A stretch of 62,688 nt of DNA, filler included, from Globobulimina sp. (GCA_003354225.1; 29 parts of 29 records of this genome joined end to end with filler, not necessarily neighbours in it), one strand, 5' to 3'; counted from the first letter of the whole stretch, positions 12,447 to 24,546 are shown. A program made the numbers and translations. Notes: generated from the letters alone by a model not told the origin.

Positions 12447-13204
12447 CTGTATTCATTTGTACTTTATATAATTAATATTTTTATTTAACGCACGTCCCGC
12501 AACACCAACATCTGTTTTTCATTGGTGTACATATACAGAGTTCAAACGTTTTCTTTCAAAGTCATGACTTTTTGTCAACAAATGATTATATTGTAAAACA
12601 AACAAAAACATACAAACAAAATACTAATAAGTAAATGGTTTACCAATCTGATATTTTATTAGATGTGGCTTGACCCGAATTAGTCCATTGTAACCATTTG
12701 AAATATTCATCTCTCATAATTTCCTCATTTTATATCTGTTCATTGTATATCTGAACGATATATCATATATTTGATTGGATAACCCAATGGCACTTATGGC
12801 CGTTTCTGAAGCCACAATTTGGATGGATCGGATCACATTATACCTTGCAGATGTTGTTGAACGCGGCGAACTTGCCTCTGACATTGTTATTTTCAAANNN
12901 NNNNNNNNNNNNNNNNNNNNNNNNNNNNNNNNNNNNNNNNNTTAATTAATTAANNNNNNNNNNNNNNNNNNNNNNNNNNNNNNNNNNNNNNNNNNNNTGA
13001 AGCATTTAAAACTGTTTAGACCGTTCTATGCCTACTTGAATAATGTATTTTCCTTCGCATCAGTGGACCATGTAGAAAGCATTGAAGGTTGGTATTTACC
13101 ACAATATTCTTATCAACCCAAATAAAGTAAAAGTAAAACAATCCATTAAGTTCATTGATTGTGTTTGAATTTCAATATAATTTATAAGATTATAAATATA
13201 AAAT

Positions 13205-14221
13205 ATGAGAAATACCTATAAAAAACTAATTCCAGTTTCACTTATTATGCTAATCACGGCGTGTTTAAATTGTAATGATTTTGAGAATGGACAAAATATC
13301 ATCAATCAACATATTGATTTTGCTTTTGCGAATAGTAAATATAGTGTTAATTTGATGAATGCATTAATTAACTTTTATGGGAAGATGAATGATATTGAGA
13401 GTGCATTGAAAATATTTAATTCAATGAGTGAGAATAAAAGAGACATTTTAACAATGAGTTCAATGATGAATGCATTCTGTTTGAATCAATACGATGAAGA
13501 ATGTATAAAATTATTTATTGAGATGTTAGAGGGTGAGTTTATGCCATTGCATTTATCTCCGAATAAAATAACATATGCCATTGCATTAAAAGCATGTACA
13601 AATGGAACATATTTGTTTTTTGGAAAAAGAATTCATGAAAATTTAAAAAATAAGCACAATGAATCGATAAATTGCTTATTGAATGATTTGGAGATTCAAA
13701 TATGTTTAATTAGTATGTATAGTAAATGTGCAGAGTTAGATACAGCGCAAGAAATATTGAATGACATTAAACGTAAAGAATACGATAAATATTGCAATGA
13801 AATCTCTCTATGGCACGGAATGATGAATGGATATGCCAGGAATGGCAAAAGCAATGAAGCAGTTCAATTATTTAACAGAATGAAACAAGAAACAAAATTA
13901 GTTCCAAATCATAAAACATATTGTATTTTATTGAATGCTTTTAATCATTCTGGTGATACGGACCAAGCAAAGTGTCTTTGGAATAATATTACGAATACAA
14001 ATATTAAATATTGTAGTGATGTAAGTAATGCATTTATTGATTGTTTATCTCGAAAAGGTGAATTAAATGAAGCATACAATATTTTGCTACAAATTGAGCC
14101 TCATAACAAGAATAGAAATGAATTGGAATTGTCATGGAGCTGTTTGCTAAGTGGCTGTAAGAAGTTTAAAAACAGGCATATGGCGGAGATAATTTATAAG
14201 GATATGACGAAACGATTCTGA
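13205..14221 (+). CDS. Pentatricopeptide repeat (PPR) protein
   Basis: Repeated ~35-aa units: NALINFYGK..DIESALKIF, LISMYSKCAELDTA, WHGMMNGYARNG..EAVQLF, PNHKTY..LLNAFNHSG, DCLSRKGELNEA, W..LLSGC. Confidence 0.92.
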   Translation: MRNTYKKLIPVSLIMLITACLNCNDFENGQNIINQHIDFAFANSKYSVNLMNALINFYGKMNDIESALKIFNSMSENKRDILTMSSMMNAFCLNQYDEECIKLFIEMLEGEFMPLHLSPNKITYAIALKACTNGTYLFFGKRIHENLKNKHNESINCLLNDLEIQICLISMYSKCAELDTAQEILNDIKRKEYDKYCNEISLWHGMMNGYARNGKSNEAVQLFNRMKQETKLVPNHKTYCILLNAFNHSGDTDQAKCLWNNITNTNIKYCSDVSNAFIDCLSRKGELNEAYNILLQIEPHNKNRNELELSWSCLLSGCKKFKNRHMAEIIYKDMTKRF

Positions 14222-14366
14222 TTGCAGCAAAACAAAACAAAACGAACAACTATTAATGGTAAAATATTAAACAAAATAATTATTAAAATATATAGTCAAA
14301 TACTATAGAACATGTTTCAAATATTTCAGAGTATAGTCAGTATACAGTATATCCAAAAATGGCTGG

Positions 14367-14975
14367 TCACATCATGTGATAAATCATTTGTAACAATGAT
14401 TGTGCTGTATGTTTATCGTTGATATTCAAGATATTTTGTGCATCTCTCAATGTTTTTATATCATTTCGAAGATCGTCCAATGTTAAAATTCCATATTGAA
14501 CGAATCGTTGCTTATATGGATGCAATTCCTTATTAGCTTTCAATATTTGATCAAATTCATTCATCATAGTCTTGAATTCCTCGATTCGTTTTAATAACAA
14601 ACGAATATGTAATAAGGAGGAAATACTTAATTCATTTTCTAGTATTTCTTTGTCAAAAAATTCAACCATTGTAATATTATTATACTTTTTCTTTTCAAAT
14701 GCAATTAAATATTGATCCAATTTACATATATTACATAACCAATCTGTAAACTTCAATTGACAGATTGTGTTGCCATCAATGTCGATATCATTATCATTCT
14801 CATTCTCATTATGACATTCTTTTTTTCTTACATATTTTGGTCGCACTCGCTCATAATCATTGTTTCTCCCGTTATTTCTCTCATTATTTGCATCATTAAA
14901 CTCATTCAACTCATACGTTGCAACAAATATTTTAGAAACCATATAATGTTTATTTTTTTTACGATTATATTTCAT
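14367..14975 (-). CDS. Tandem SAM-like domain protein (C-terminal part)
   Basis: FTDWLCNICKLDQYLIAF...ILENELSISSLLHIRLLLKRI and a second unit LHPYKQRFVQYGILTLDDL. Confidence 0.65.
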   Translation of the reverse strand: MKYNRKKNKHYMVSKIFVATYELNEFNDANNERNNGRNNDYERVRPKYVRKKECHNENENDNDIDIDGNTICQLKFTDWLCNICKLDQYLIAFEKKKYNNITMVEFFDKEILENELSISSLLHIRLLLKRIEEFKTMMNEFDQILKANKELHPYKQRFVQYGILTLDDLRNDIKTLRDAQNILNINDKHTAQSLLQMIYHMM

Positions 14976-15723
14976 TATTACAATATCGTTAAAATATAAA
15001 ACTAAATCACTTAATTTTCCAGGATATAATTTATGAATATTTTCATTGAAATATGATCGAAATNNNNNNNNNNNNNNNNNNNNNNNNNNNNNNNNNNNNN
15101 NNNNNNNTTAATTAATTAANNNNNNNNNNNNNNNNNNNNNNNNNNNNNNNNNNNNNNNNNNNNCAGCTGTCAAAATTATATTTGATGTTCCCACTGCTTT
15201 GGTATGTACTATTAATATCAAATAAAGCGTCGTGATATCTGACATTATAAACACCATTAAACTATTATAAACATCCGCTCTTTTTTTTAATTTCTTGTGA
15301 TACTGTACTGGCTGTTTGTGATTAATTGGAAATTTAGAATTTGATATGCAACACTTTTAATACAATAAATGCTTTACGATGAAGCAGATACAGGTGATCT
15401 TGAAAGTTGGATAACTCCGCGAGAACCAAAGAAAAAGTATACACCGCCAACAGAGGTGGTGCCAGAAACGGTGGTGGTAGGTCGTGGACGTGGCAGAGGT
15501 GGTGCAAACCGTTTATACCTTACCCGATTTTATCAGTCACCAGAAACGGTTTGCTTATACCTTACCCCAATAAAAATCTGATGCTGAAGACCTGATGCTC
15601 TTTATGAAAACAAATTGCGTAATATTGACCCATCTTTGTTGGAATGAGGCAAAAAAAACAACGTTAATTTTTTTATTTAAATATTTATTATAAATAATTT
15701 AACTTCACTCACTTGGGAATCGA

Positions 15724-17229
15724 ATGAAAAACACGATGACATTGAGTATCATTGGATTGTTTGCACTGTGCAGTGGACAAAGTATATCTGCGTTTACATG
15801 TAATAACACTTGCAATTCATGCGAGAATGAAGGAGAATGTGCTTCATGGCACCCTCTTTGTGTGTGGCATGATACATATTGTGATCAAACCAGCAATATG
15901 CCAACCAATGAGCCCACCCTTGAACCAACATTTCAACCTTCAGCAAACCCCATCACCCAAACGCCTACATTCCCCACCAAAGCACCAACTGTTACACAAA
16001 TATTGAGTCTCACCGAGTTAAATCAAGTTGCAGAATGTGAGAATACAGCGGACGCATTACCTTATCACTATATATCATTGGCAGAGTGCATTGAGCTGTG
16101 TGAAACCACTATTTTGCAATGTGCAATGATACAATATTACGATCATTTAGCATCTGACACTGATTCACGATGTTACATATTTGATGAGCTTTGTTATTTA
16201 TCGCAAAATGTTGGTGAAAGGGCCAATTCATCACATGTGTACTATAAAAACCAACTGAGTCCCTTTTGTGTCGATTATCGCGACTGGAAAGATAAATGGA
16301 AAGATACATGTGATGATTATGTATTGCATGGGTATGTAGAAAGCAATTTTAATAAACATATATTTGCTTGATTCTACTTCTGTGATTGTTATTTGTTATT
16401 TGTTTTGTTTTTGCAATTAGAAAATGTATGGATGGTGTTTTGACTTCGAAAGCAACTTTGGATTATTTCAGATTAAGTGCAGTTGAATCGACCGCATTGG
16501 AAGCCTGCTGTGAGTGTGGTGGCGGTAAAACAGTTTATGACAATGTGGCAGTAACATTTGTAAACGAAGAAACGTTTTATGAGCCATTGGACGAATGTTC
16601 ATTCAAAGAGGAAGCAATATACTCAGAAATGTGGAATAACTTTGCTTTATATCAGTTGATAGAGAGCATCAATGATCAGAGTTTGAACAAAGATTTGAGC
16701 ATTTTTTCGGATTTATCATCAGAATCCCAATTGCTATCATTTTCATTTATTATCTGTGATTTTTCATCGTTTGACACAAATGAAACATTCGAAGAAATAC
16801 ACACCGATTATTTCATACTAAGTGCAGTTGAAAATAGTCAAGAATTTGTGTACTTTATCAATTCAGAATTTTTTAGTTTGGATACAGATATATTGTCTGA
16901 CTCAATCAATATACAGTATCACACGTTTGGTTATTGTAACAATCGAATTTCCAACGCATCATACTATGGCACCGTCGACATTGATATGATCATACCTTGT
17001 TTTTATGAATATGTTGTTCCAACCACGACAGCGGTAAATACTACAAATTCAACAAGAATAAGTTGAGTACAGTACAAATTTAACAACACTTATTTGCAAA
17101 ACAAACAAATAACACACAGAAAAGGAAACAATTATAGATATTGCATATTCGTTTATTATGGAACAATTAATGTTTATTATTGTTGGCGCTGGATCTGTTT
17201 TATGTGTATGCACATTATGTAATTACTGT
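15724..17229 (+). CDS. Type I membrane/secreted Cys-rich protein with PT repeats, 3' partial
   Basis: Signal peptide, PTNEPTLEPTFQPS mucin-like tract, PAN/apple-like Cys module and WKD..C..Y...ACCECGGG module. Introns 16332-16420 and 17062-17119 join the exons; the last exon encodes a TM helix. Confidence 0.72.
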
Positions 17230-17329
17230 NNNNNNNNNNNNNNNNNNNNNNNNNNNNNNNNNNNNNNNNNNNNTTAATTAATTAANNNNNNNNNNNNNNN
17301 NNNNNNNNNNNNNNNNNNNNNNNNNNNNN

Positions 17330-18163
17330 AATCGTCACCTGTTGATATATAACAATTTTGTATCACTACATTCTGACAAGAATCTGGATTCAATCCATCA
17401 GTGTTTGGTCCATCTGTTAATATGGTCACATTATCAATAATTATGTTTGAACAAAATGTTGGATGAACAGTCCAATTCGGTGAATCAGTAACTGTCACAT
17501 TATATATTTTCAGATTATTTATCCATAATAAATCAATTAAACACGGACTCTGAGCTTTAAATGGTTCAATATACCAACCTATAAATTATATATTATATAT
17601 TATGCAAAAAACATTGAATACAAAAAACCTGAATGCCCATTTCCATCAATTGTGCCATAACCAAATATTTTAATATTTTCTAATTTATTCCATTTTTTAC
17701 ATTGATCGCCAATGATATTTGCATTATAATTTATAGACGAACATATTGCACCATTTAACAACGATGATGGCTGCATTTGCATAACACCGCCATATCGCTT
17801 ATAAGTCCATGGATATGACATATTATTCGCTGATAAATTGGTACACGGCATTCCTAATAATTTTACATCTTCTTCAATATAAAAATCAATATTTGATTTT
17901 AACCAAATTGCACCAGACATATATACCGTTTTTGCACCCGACAATTTTGGCAATACAACCAAAGATTGGCCATTATTCGAAGACGATGCATTGGAGCAAT
18001 CATCTATTGCTGATTGAATATATTTTGTATTATCTGTTTTACCATCACCCTTCGCGCCGTATGATGTAACATTACACGTTTTAGCGTAATCCATCAAACC
18101 GTAAACATATTGTGTTGTAATTATACAATTCACTGCAAGAAGCAACCAAACACGTGAAGCCAT
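17330..18163 (-). CDS. Glycoside hydrolase family 28 (polygalacturonase), 3' partial
   Basis: Signal peptide, YGAKGDGKTDNT, G.GTIDGNG; intron 17579-17628; SPNWTVHP and catalytic NTDG and GDD motifs. Confidence 0.93.
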
Positions 18164-18226
18164 TATTATAATTAAAGTTTTTGAACTGAAATTGTGTTAG
18201 TAAAAACTCAAAGTGTACGTTGAAGC

Positions 18227-19395
18227 ATGACAGAGACAGAGAATGTGGCGACCTATGCACGTATCCGGCCTTACAATCCAGCCATAAACGAAGATAAGAG
18301 ATTGACAGCGCGGGCAGTGGGCGAGCACCAAATATTAAATCAAAACAATGACCGGCAAGACACGTACAATTTTACGCGAGTCTACGATATGAAGGATAAC
18401 ACCTTTGATTTGTTCGAGACTGCAATGAAACCGTTATTGGACTACAAAATCTTGCAAGGCATCAACAGCATATTTATTGTGTATGGCCAATCCGGCAGTG
18501 GCAAGTCCTTCACCTTAATTGGAGAAAAGGGGTATTTGGGCGTTTTGCCCTTATCATTGCAGTATTTGTTGCAGCAGGACATCGTGGAAAGAATCGACAT
18601 CGCATCCATCGAAGCGTACGGCATCAAAGCAGCAAAGATTGGTTTTTATGATTTGGTGTCGCAGTTAGCCGCAAAAAGCAAAGCACCCAAAAAATATGAC
18701 CCCTATTCAACGAAAGATAATTCGCGCTTAAATTCAGAGAATGCGCAAATGCTGGAAATCACAAAGGAAAATTGTTTGAAAGTCATCACCGAATTGCAAG
18801 CCGTGTCTCATATGGCGCCAACCCTTAAAAACCCGCACTCTTCGCGCGGACACACCGTCTATTTCTGCCAGGTCAAAATGAGGGATTTGGAGAATGTGTA
18901 TTTCATCGCGGTGGACTTGGCCGGCAGCGAAGGACAAACTGCGTTGGGCACAAAGGACGAGTTCATCAACGGGCTGAAATTGGCAATGTCGAAAGGAAAA
19001 CTAAAATTGAATAAAAAGCAGATCTCTGGCTTCGAGCAAATGTACAAAACGAGGTCGTTGGAGGCCGGCTGTATCAATAATGGTTTGACGCAGTTACAGA
19101 CCATTTTCGGTGAGTTGATTCGAAAAAAGATCTCCAAATCCAAAGGATTGGGCCTTCGGAAGGTTTTGTCTTCGTTCATATCATTAAAATCGGCGTATGC
19201 CATTTTATTCACTTTGTCCGCCTCGGCCAACAACAACAAAGTGACGCGGGCCACGCTCAACTTTGCCAAACAAACACAATTAGTTAAGGTGGAGACGCAA
19301 AAGGCGAAGAAAAAAATAGATAAAGACGCCATCATCAAGGAACTCAACCTTTTGATCAACACTCTGAGAGCGGATATGGAGCAGCAAAATAAATA
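18227..19395 (+). CDS. Divergent kinesin motor, 3' partial
   Basis: ARIRP, P-loop YGQSGSGKSFT, switch I NPHSSRGH, switch II VDLAGSE, INNGL, TRATLNFA, then a coiled-coil neck. Confidence 0.92.
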
Positions 19396-19808
19396 NNNNN
19401 NNNNNNNNNNNNNNNNNNNNNNNNNNNNNNNNNNNNNNNTTAATTAATTAANNNNNNNNNNNNNNNNNNNNNNNNNNNNNNNNNNNNNNNNNNNNATGTG
19501 CTTGGTATTTGTATATGTAACATAATTCTGGATAACGACTCGCTTTCTATGTCTCACTGCCTTTCGATTAATACGTCTTGGTATTTTCAGCTATGATTAA
19601 TCGCTTCTACATTCAACACTCCCGACGTAATATCAATAAACAATTGAAATATCTTGAAATGTGGTTGACTAACAACAGAATGCGGCTGTGTATCAAACGT
19701 AAAACAAAGATAATGTTATATTTGGGTCGATAGACCCTCATACCAGTGATTTTCAAAATTGAAATTATTTTTTTTGTTTTTACCCCCTTGAACCTTTTTT
19801 TTTGTGAC

Positions 19809-20021
19809 CGAATTTTGTACATGAATTTCAGAAACGAATTTTGTACATGAATTCCAGAAACGAATTTTGTACATGAATTTCAGAAACGAATTTCAGAAAC
19901 TAAGTTTCTACATTAATTTCGGAAACGAATTTTGTACATGAATTTCAGAAACGAATTTTGTACATGAATTTCAGAAACTAATTTTGTACATGAATTTCGG
20001 AAACGAATTTTGTACATTAAT
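19809..20021. repeat. Tandem array of a 26-bp unit (about 8 copies)
   Basis: Unit CGAATTTTGTACATGAATTTCAGAAA is a dimer of related 13-mers. One half unit at 19887-19899. No spacers. Confidence 0.95.
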
Positions 20022-20086
20022 ATTTTAAAGGTTGCTGGATATGCGAATTTGTGCGGAAAATTCTGAGTTTTTTTTCTAATTTTTTT

Positions 20087-20340
20087 ACCATTTTCCAACA
20101 TTTTTTTTTTCAATATTTTGCTTAGTCATCAAAAAAAATTAAAGACAAAAAAAATAATGACCAAAAAAATGATAAGTTGGTTTATCTCAAATCACCATTT
20201 TCCAACAAAAATGTTTTTTAATATTTTGGTTAGTCATCAAAAAAAAATTAATGTCAAAAAAAAAATTCTGAAGAAATTTCCGGAAATTTATTAAAAAAAT
20301 TCAGAAAATTCTCAAGAAATGTTTAAGAAATTTCCGGAAA
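20087..20340. repeat. Degenerate direct repeats and a palindrome
   Basis: Two ~70-bp copies starting ACCATTTTCCAACA (20087, 20194); AAGAAATTTCCGGAAA at 20271 and 20325; perfect 16-bp palindrome AAATTTCCGGAAATTT at 20274-20289. Confidence 0.85.
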
Positions 20341-20730
20341 ATTCTGAAATAATATCTACAAGTTTGGTCAGTAACTTCACTCAACATTTAGTTATTTTTC
20401 AGACATTTAACCAAACAACATCCTTTCGTCAATTCAAGTCTAACACCTAAACTCACCTTTAAACTTACAGACAGATTGTAAACTACCTCACCAACAAAGT
20501 GCACTTAGCAAAATAGACACAGGTATTTAACTAAAACTGAAGACACTTGTGCGCTGCATTATTGTAATAATACACTGCGTTGTGTTGGGTTCAAAAATAT
20601 ATTTTTAAAAAATTATCCTTGCACTTAAAACATCTAAAAATTGTTTTTTCTGTCAAGTAATTTCGCATCAAAATTTAGGTACAAAGACTTTTGAAAATAG
20701 ATTAGTGTTACAAGAAACGTTTCCGAGAAA

Positions 20731-21561
20731 ATGAATAATTCATGTGCAAAATATACGTGCTCAGAATGTTTACTTGCTTTTACTTCTGAGCATGCTTTGA
20801 AAACACATCACGGAATGATACATAAATCAAAAACAAAAACTGTCAAATATGCATGTGCTACATGTTTACGTAGTTTTAGTTCGGAACACGGCTTAAAAAC
20901 ACATGAAGCAATGATGCATAAATGTAAAACTGAATCTAGCAAACAAATGCGCTATTACTCTCGCAACAGAGAAATAATAACACAAAAAAAACGAGAGAAA
21001 TATGCAGCTGTGAAAAGAAAGCATCAACAATACATTGAAGAAAAAAGAAAAGAATACGAAAATAATTATGATCCAGGTCGTCGATTTAAACGGAGTGAAA
21101 AAGAATACCCAACATTATTAACTGAAATTTGTGGCACAGCAATTGTCTCAGATGTTATAAAACAACTTATTCCACCATTTACACCTGCGCCAAACTTAGA
21201 TGAAAAATATTTCTTTAAAATGCGTCCAGACAATCCAAAATTAAAGAGTAAAAACAGATTTGATTATTTAATAAAAATGCCATGGTTACGGCAAAGTAAA
21301 AAAGCAGAAAAAATTAATATTAAACATCTAGAACTAAATAAATTATCATTACAAGAACAAATATTTATTGATTGTATTTTATCGAATTTTCGCAGTACGG
21401 TCGGTAAATATGAAAAATATTTAAAAGATAATGAAGATAAATGTTTTTTGAATGGATATTTTTATGAAAATATTATTAGTATTGCAGATTTTTGGGTATA
21501 TTTTTATTTAATTGAGATTCAAAATATATTAAATCCATTTTTAAAACGTTTATTAAGTATT
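20731..21561 (+). CDS. Two-C2H2 zinc-finger protein, intronless, 3' partial
   Basis: YTCSECLLAFTSEHALKTHHGMIH and YACATCLRSFSSEHGLKTHEAMMH, followed by a basic helix (RYYSRNREIITQKKREKY). Confidence 0.85.
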
Positions 21562-21743
21562 NNNNNNNNNNNNNNNNNNNNNNNNNNNNNNNNNNNNNNN
21601 NNNNNTTAATTAATTAANNNNNNNNNNNNNNNNNNNNNNNNNNNNNNNNNNNNNNNNNNNNAAAGTCAACTAAAAAAACAAACAAACAAAAAACAAAAAA
21701 AAAAAGAAGTCATATATCCGATGCCATGGCACCAATATAAAAT

Positions 21744-22616
21744 TTACATAGTTGTAATTCCAGAATGATAGGGATTATAAACCTCCCAAATCAATACACA
21801 ATCAACAATCTCTTCATCGGTAACAGAATCAAAATACGTTGGCCAACATCCTCTATTACAGTCAGCAAGTCCTTCACATCTTGTATTTGGATGTCCTTTA
21901 CAATATGCAAACATCCAGTCTCCATTTACATAAAATCCTTTAAATTGTTCACATGGATTGACACATGGAGCCATCATACATGGCGGTTCCATCAATCTGA
22001 CACATTCATTACTTTCCCTATTTAATACATAGCCATCAATACACGAAGTACAATGTGTAGGTGGCGCTTTTTCATGTGGTATGGGGTGACCATGCGCCAT
22101 CAAATGGCTACCTGGATAGTAGATTCCGCTTATTGTGTAGCCCCAACAGGCACCCATACTCCAGCCTACCCTATATTCTCCACAATGTGCAAAACCACCA
22201 CAACTTGCACTTGGTTTGCATTCATAGGTTATTGGATTTAATACATATCCATCAGTGCATGCAGTACATCTTCGAACAGGTGATGCCGATACCATTTCAG
22301 GTGCAGGTTGTACGCAGAATTTTGTGGTGCATAATGTGCCTCTATCCACACAATTGCAACTGTTACATCCATCATTGTATGCAACGCAATTAAGGTTACC
22401 TCCACAATTAGGTGCTGTTGGAGTATGTGTGGTTGTTGTTGTTGGAGTATGGGTAGTTGCCGCACAGCTCTCTTCCCATGGTCTATAACATTTTTGTTTT
22501 GCGGAACACCATTGATAACCAGCAGAAGGAAGACATCCGAAGGGATCCGCATCGCCACCTGGAAGTGGAACATTTGTTGTAACAGTGGCGATCAGTGTTG
22601 CTAAAAAGAGTGACAT
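21744..22616 (-). CDS. Cys-rich secreted protein with a pacifastin-like module
   Basis: Hydrophobic N-terminus from ATG 22616; GGDADPFGCLPSAGYQWC..KQKCYRPWEE; DGCNSCNC...CTTKFC; two CT.C.DGYVLN....EC repeats. Intronless. Confidence 0.7.
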   Translation of the reverse strand: MSLFLATLIATVTTNVPLPGGDADPFGCLPSAGYQWCSAKQKCYRPWEESCAATTHTPTTTTTHTPTAPNCGGNLNCVAYNDGCNSCNCVDRGTLCTTKFCVQPAPEMVSASPVRRCTACTDGYVLNPITYECKPSASCGGFAHCGEYRVGWSMGACWGYTISGIYYPGSHLMAHGHPIPHEKAPPTHCTSCIDGYVLNRESNECVRLMEPPCMMAPCVNPCEQFKGFYVNGDWMFAYCKGHPNTRCEGLADCNRGCWPTYFDSVTDEEIVDCVLIWEVYNPYHSGITTM

Positions 22617-23296
22617 GATGCTTTTGAGGTTTTTTATGATGTTAAAAGAGTTGGTTTTATTCGTTTTTACAATTTTACATCGGCTTTCATCGGAAAAAAG
22701 GATTGGAAAAAGAAATTCAAAATTCAACCGATACAAATATACCTACACATTTACATTTTCTAGGCGAAATAATGTTTTTTTGACTAATATATTTTCTTCA
22801 TTATCAAATACTCGTTTTATATGATCATGTCAATCTCATTCCCATCAATATTTTGAGAACAAATGAACAATGCAAAAAATAATAAATAATGAAATCATAA
22901 ATACAGCATCATTTCCAACCACTTTTCTCCTCTGCATACGTATCCGTAACCTAATTTTAAGAACAGTTTCCATTTTGGATATATTCCAGCTGCTACATTC
23001 ATAATTATAAAAATAGATAATTTGCCGATAATTTTATACCCTTTATTTAATCAAATATTTGACTTTTTATAGGTATACATAAATTTACACGGTTTGTAGG
23101 TTTATTTTTGGCATATTACCAAATGCAGTTAATGCACTGAGATATATATCGGTACATCCAAAATAGATATCGCATAGCTATACCATCCAGAATATCTCAA
23201 TTCATATCTATTTGGAAAGGTTTCCCTCAAAAACTGTCAACACTGCTAAACTAGCTTGCATGGTCTCTTCACCGACATTTCTTTTATTCCAGAGCC

Positions 23297-23726
23297 ATGC
23301 CCGACGCCACAACCTACACAACCATAGGCGCCATTCTTGCCATAGCAGCCTCCATCTGCAACGCCATTGGTTACACCGTTCAAAAAAAAGGCCATAACCG
23401 CCTCAAAGAATACAACAAAGACAAAGAAGACAATGAAAAAAAGCGCTTAATCAAAGAGAAGATCTGGGCCACTGGTTTTGCCATCTATTTAGTTGGCGGT
23501 TTATTGAACGCAGTCTCTCTTTTCTACGCGCCGCAATCGTTAGTACTCCCCCTCTCTGCCATCACCTTAGTAGCAAACACTTTGCTGGCCACAAAATTCC
23601 TAAACGAACCCTTCAAAAAAGCCGATATCTGCGGCATCTTATCCGTTATCATAGGCTCCGTATTAGCGGTCATGTTCGGCCCTCGCACCGCCGGCGGCGA
23701 GTCCACTATGAATGAGTTGAAGCTAC
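23297..23726 (+). CDS. NIPA-family Mg2+ transporter (DMT superfamily), 3' partial
   Basis: G..VQKKGH, W.TGF..Y..G..LN.VSL.YAPQSLVLPLSAITLVAN..LA..FLNE. Confidence 0.9.
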
Positions 23727-24352
23727 NNNNNNNNNNNNNNNNNNNNNNNNNNNNNNNNNNNNNNNNNNNNTTAATTAATTAANNNNNNNNNNNNNNNNNN
23801 NNNNNNNNNNNNNNNNNNNNNNNNNNTTTTATTATTGCGTTCAAATTGTTTTTTGGTTTGATGCATACTTTTTTTTTATTTTTCATAATTGCTTGAAACT
23901 TTTTTTTTTATTATCTCGGAATGTTTCTGCATATTTGGTTAATTACAATAATATTTTTTCCTTTTTGCCTTTCATATTATTGGGATCGTCAATGATTTTC
24001 GTTGTTTTTTTCTAAAAGTATTTATTTGCATTGTATTAATATTGATAATACTATTAATTGTTGATGGTTTTTATTTTTCATGCCAATTATCACCAAAAAC
24101 GATATCAAAAAACCCGTGTTTAGGTTTCTTTTTGTTGATTATATTTCATGAGTTTTATATAAATCATTCAGACATTTTTCTGCCTTGACAATGCGTTGAA
24201 AATTCATCAGAGAGGTCTGGTTTATCATATTTTCATATATCTGATCATGATGAGTTTAGATAGAAGAAATGCAGAAGTGCTTGATCAACTGTAAATATAT
24301 ACAACCAAAAACATCAACAATAAACTTCAACGATGACTAGCTCAACGATTAC

Positions 24353-24451
24353 TAATATCAGGGTTCCAGGATTCTAGCATATGAACGAAGAGACAAATCT
24401 ATGCAATAAAGGTAAAAATTTGTCGTCTATGAGGTGAGAACCCTGATATTA
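24353..24451. mobile_element. MITE-like element of about 90-100 bp
   Basis: Perfect 14-bp inverted repeat TAATATCAGGGTTC / GAACCCTGATATTA. It can be read as CAGGGTTC termini with an ATAT target duplication. Inner GACAAAT/ATTTGTC pair. Confidence 0.5.
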
Positions 24452-24546
24452 AGATTTTCTTGAAGTGAGCTAATCATCCCTCAACTAGCAACAAAAAGAT
24501 CCCCACTTTTCTTTCCCATGAAAAAGATATTCGGTGATAATTAAAA

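Noticed and set aside
19809..20021. CRISPR array
   Set aside because: The units are contiguous with no unique spacers, and no cas genes are present.
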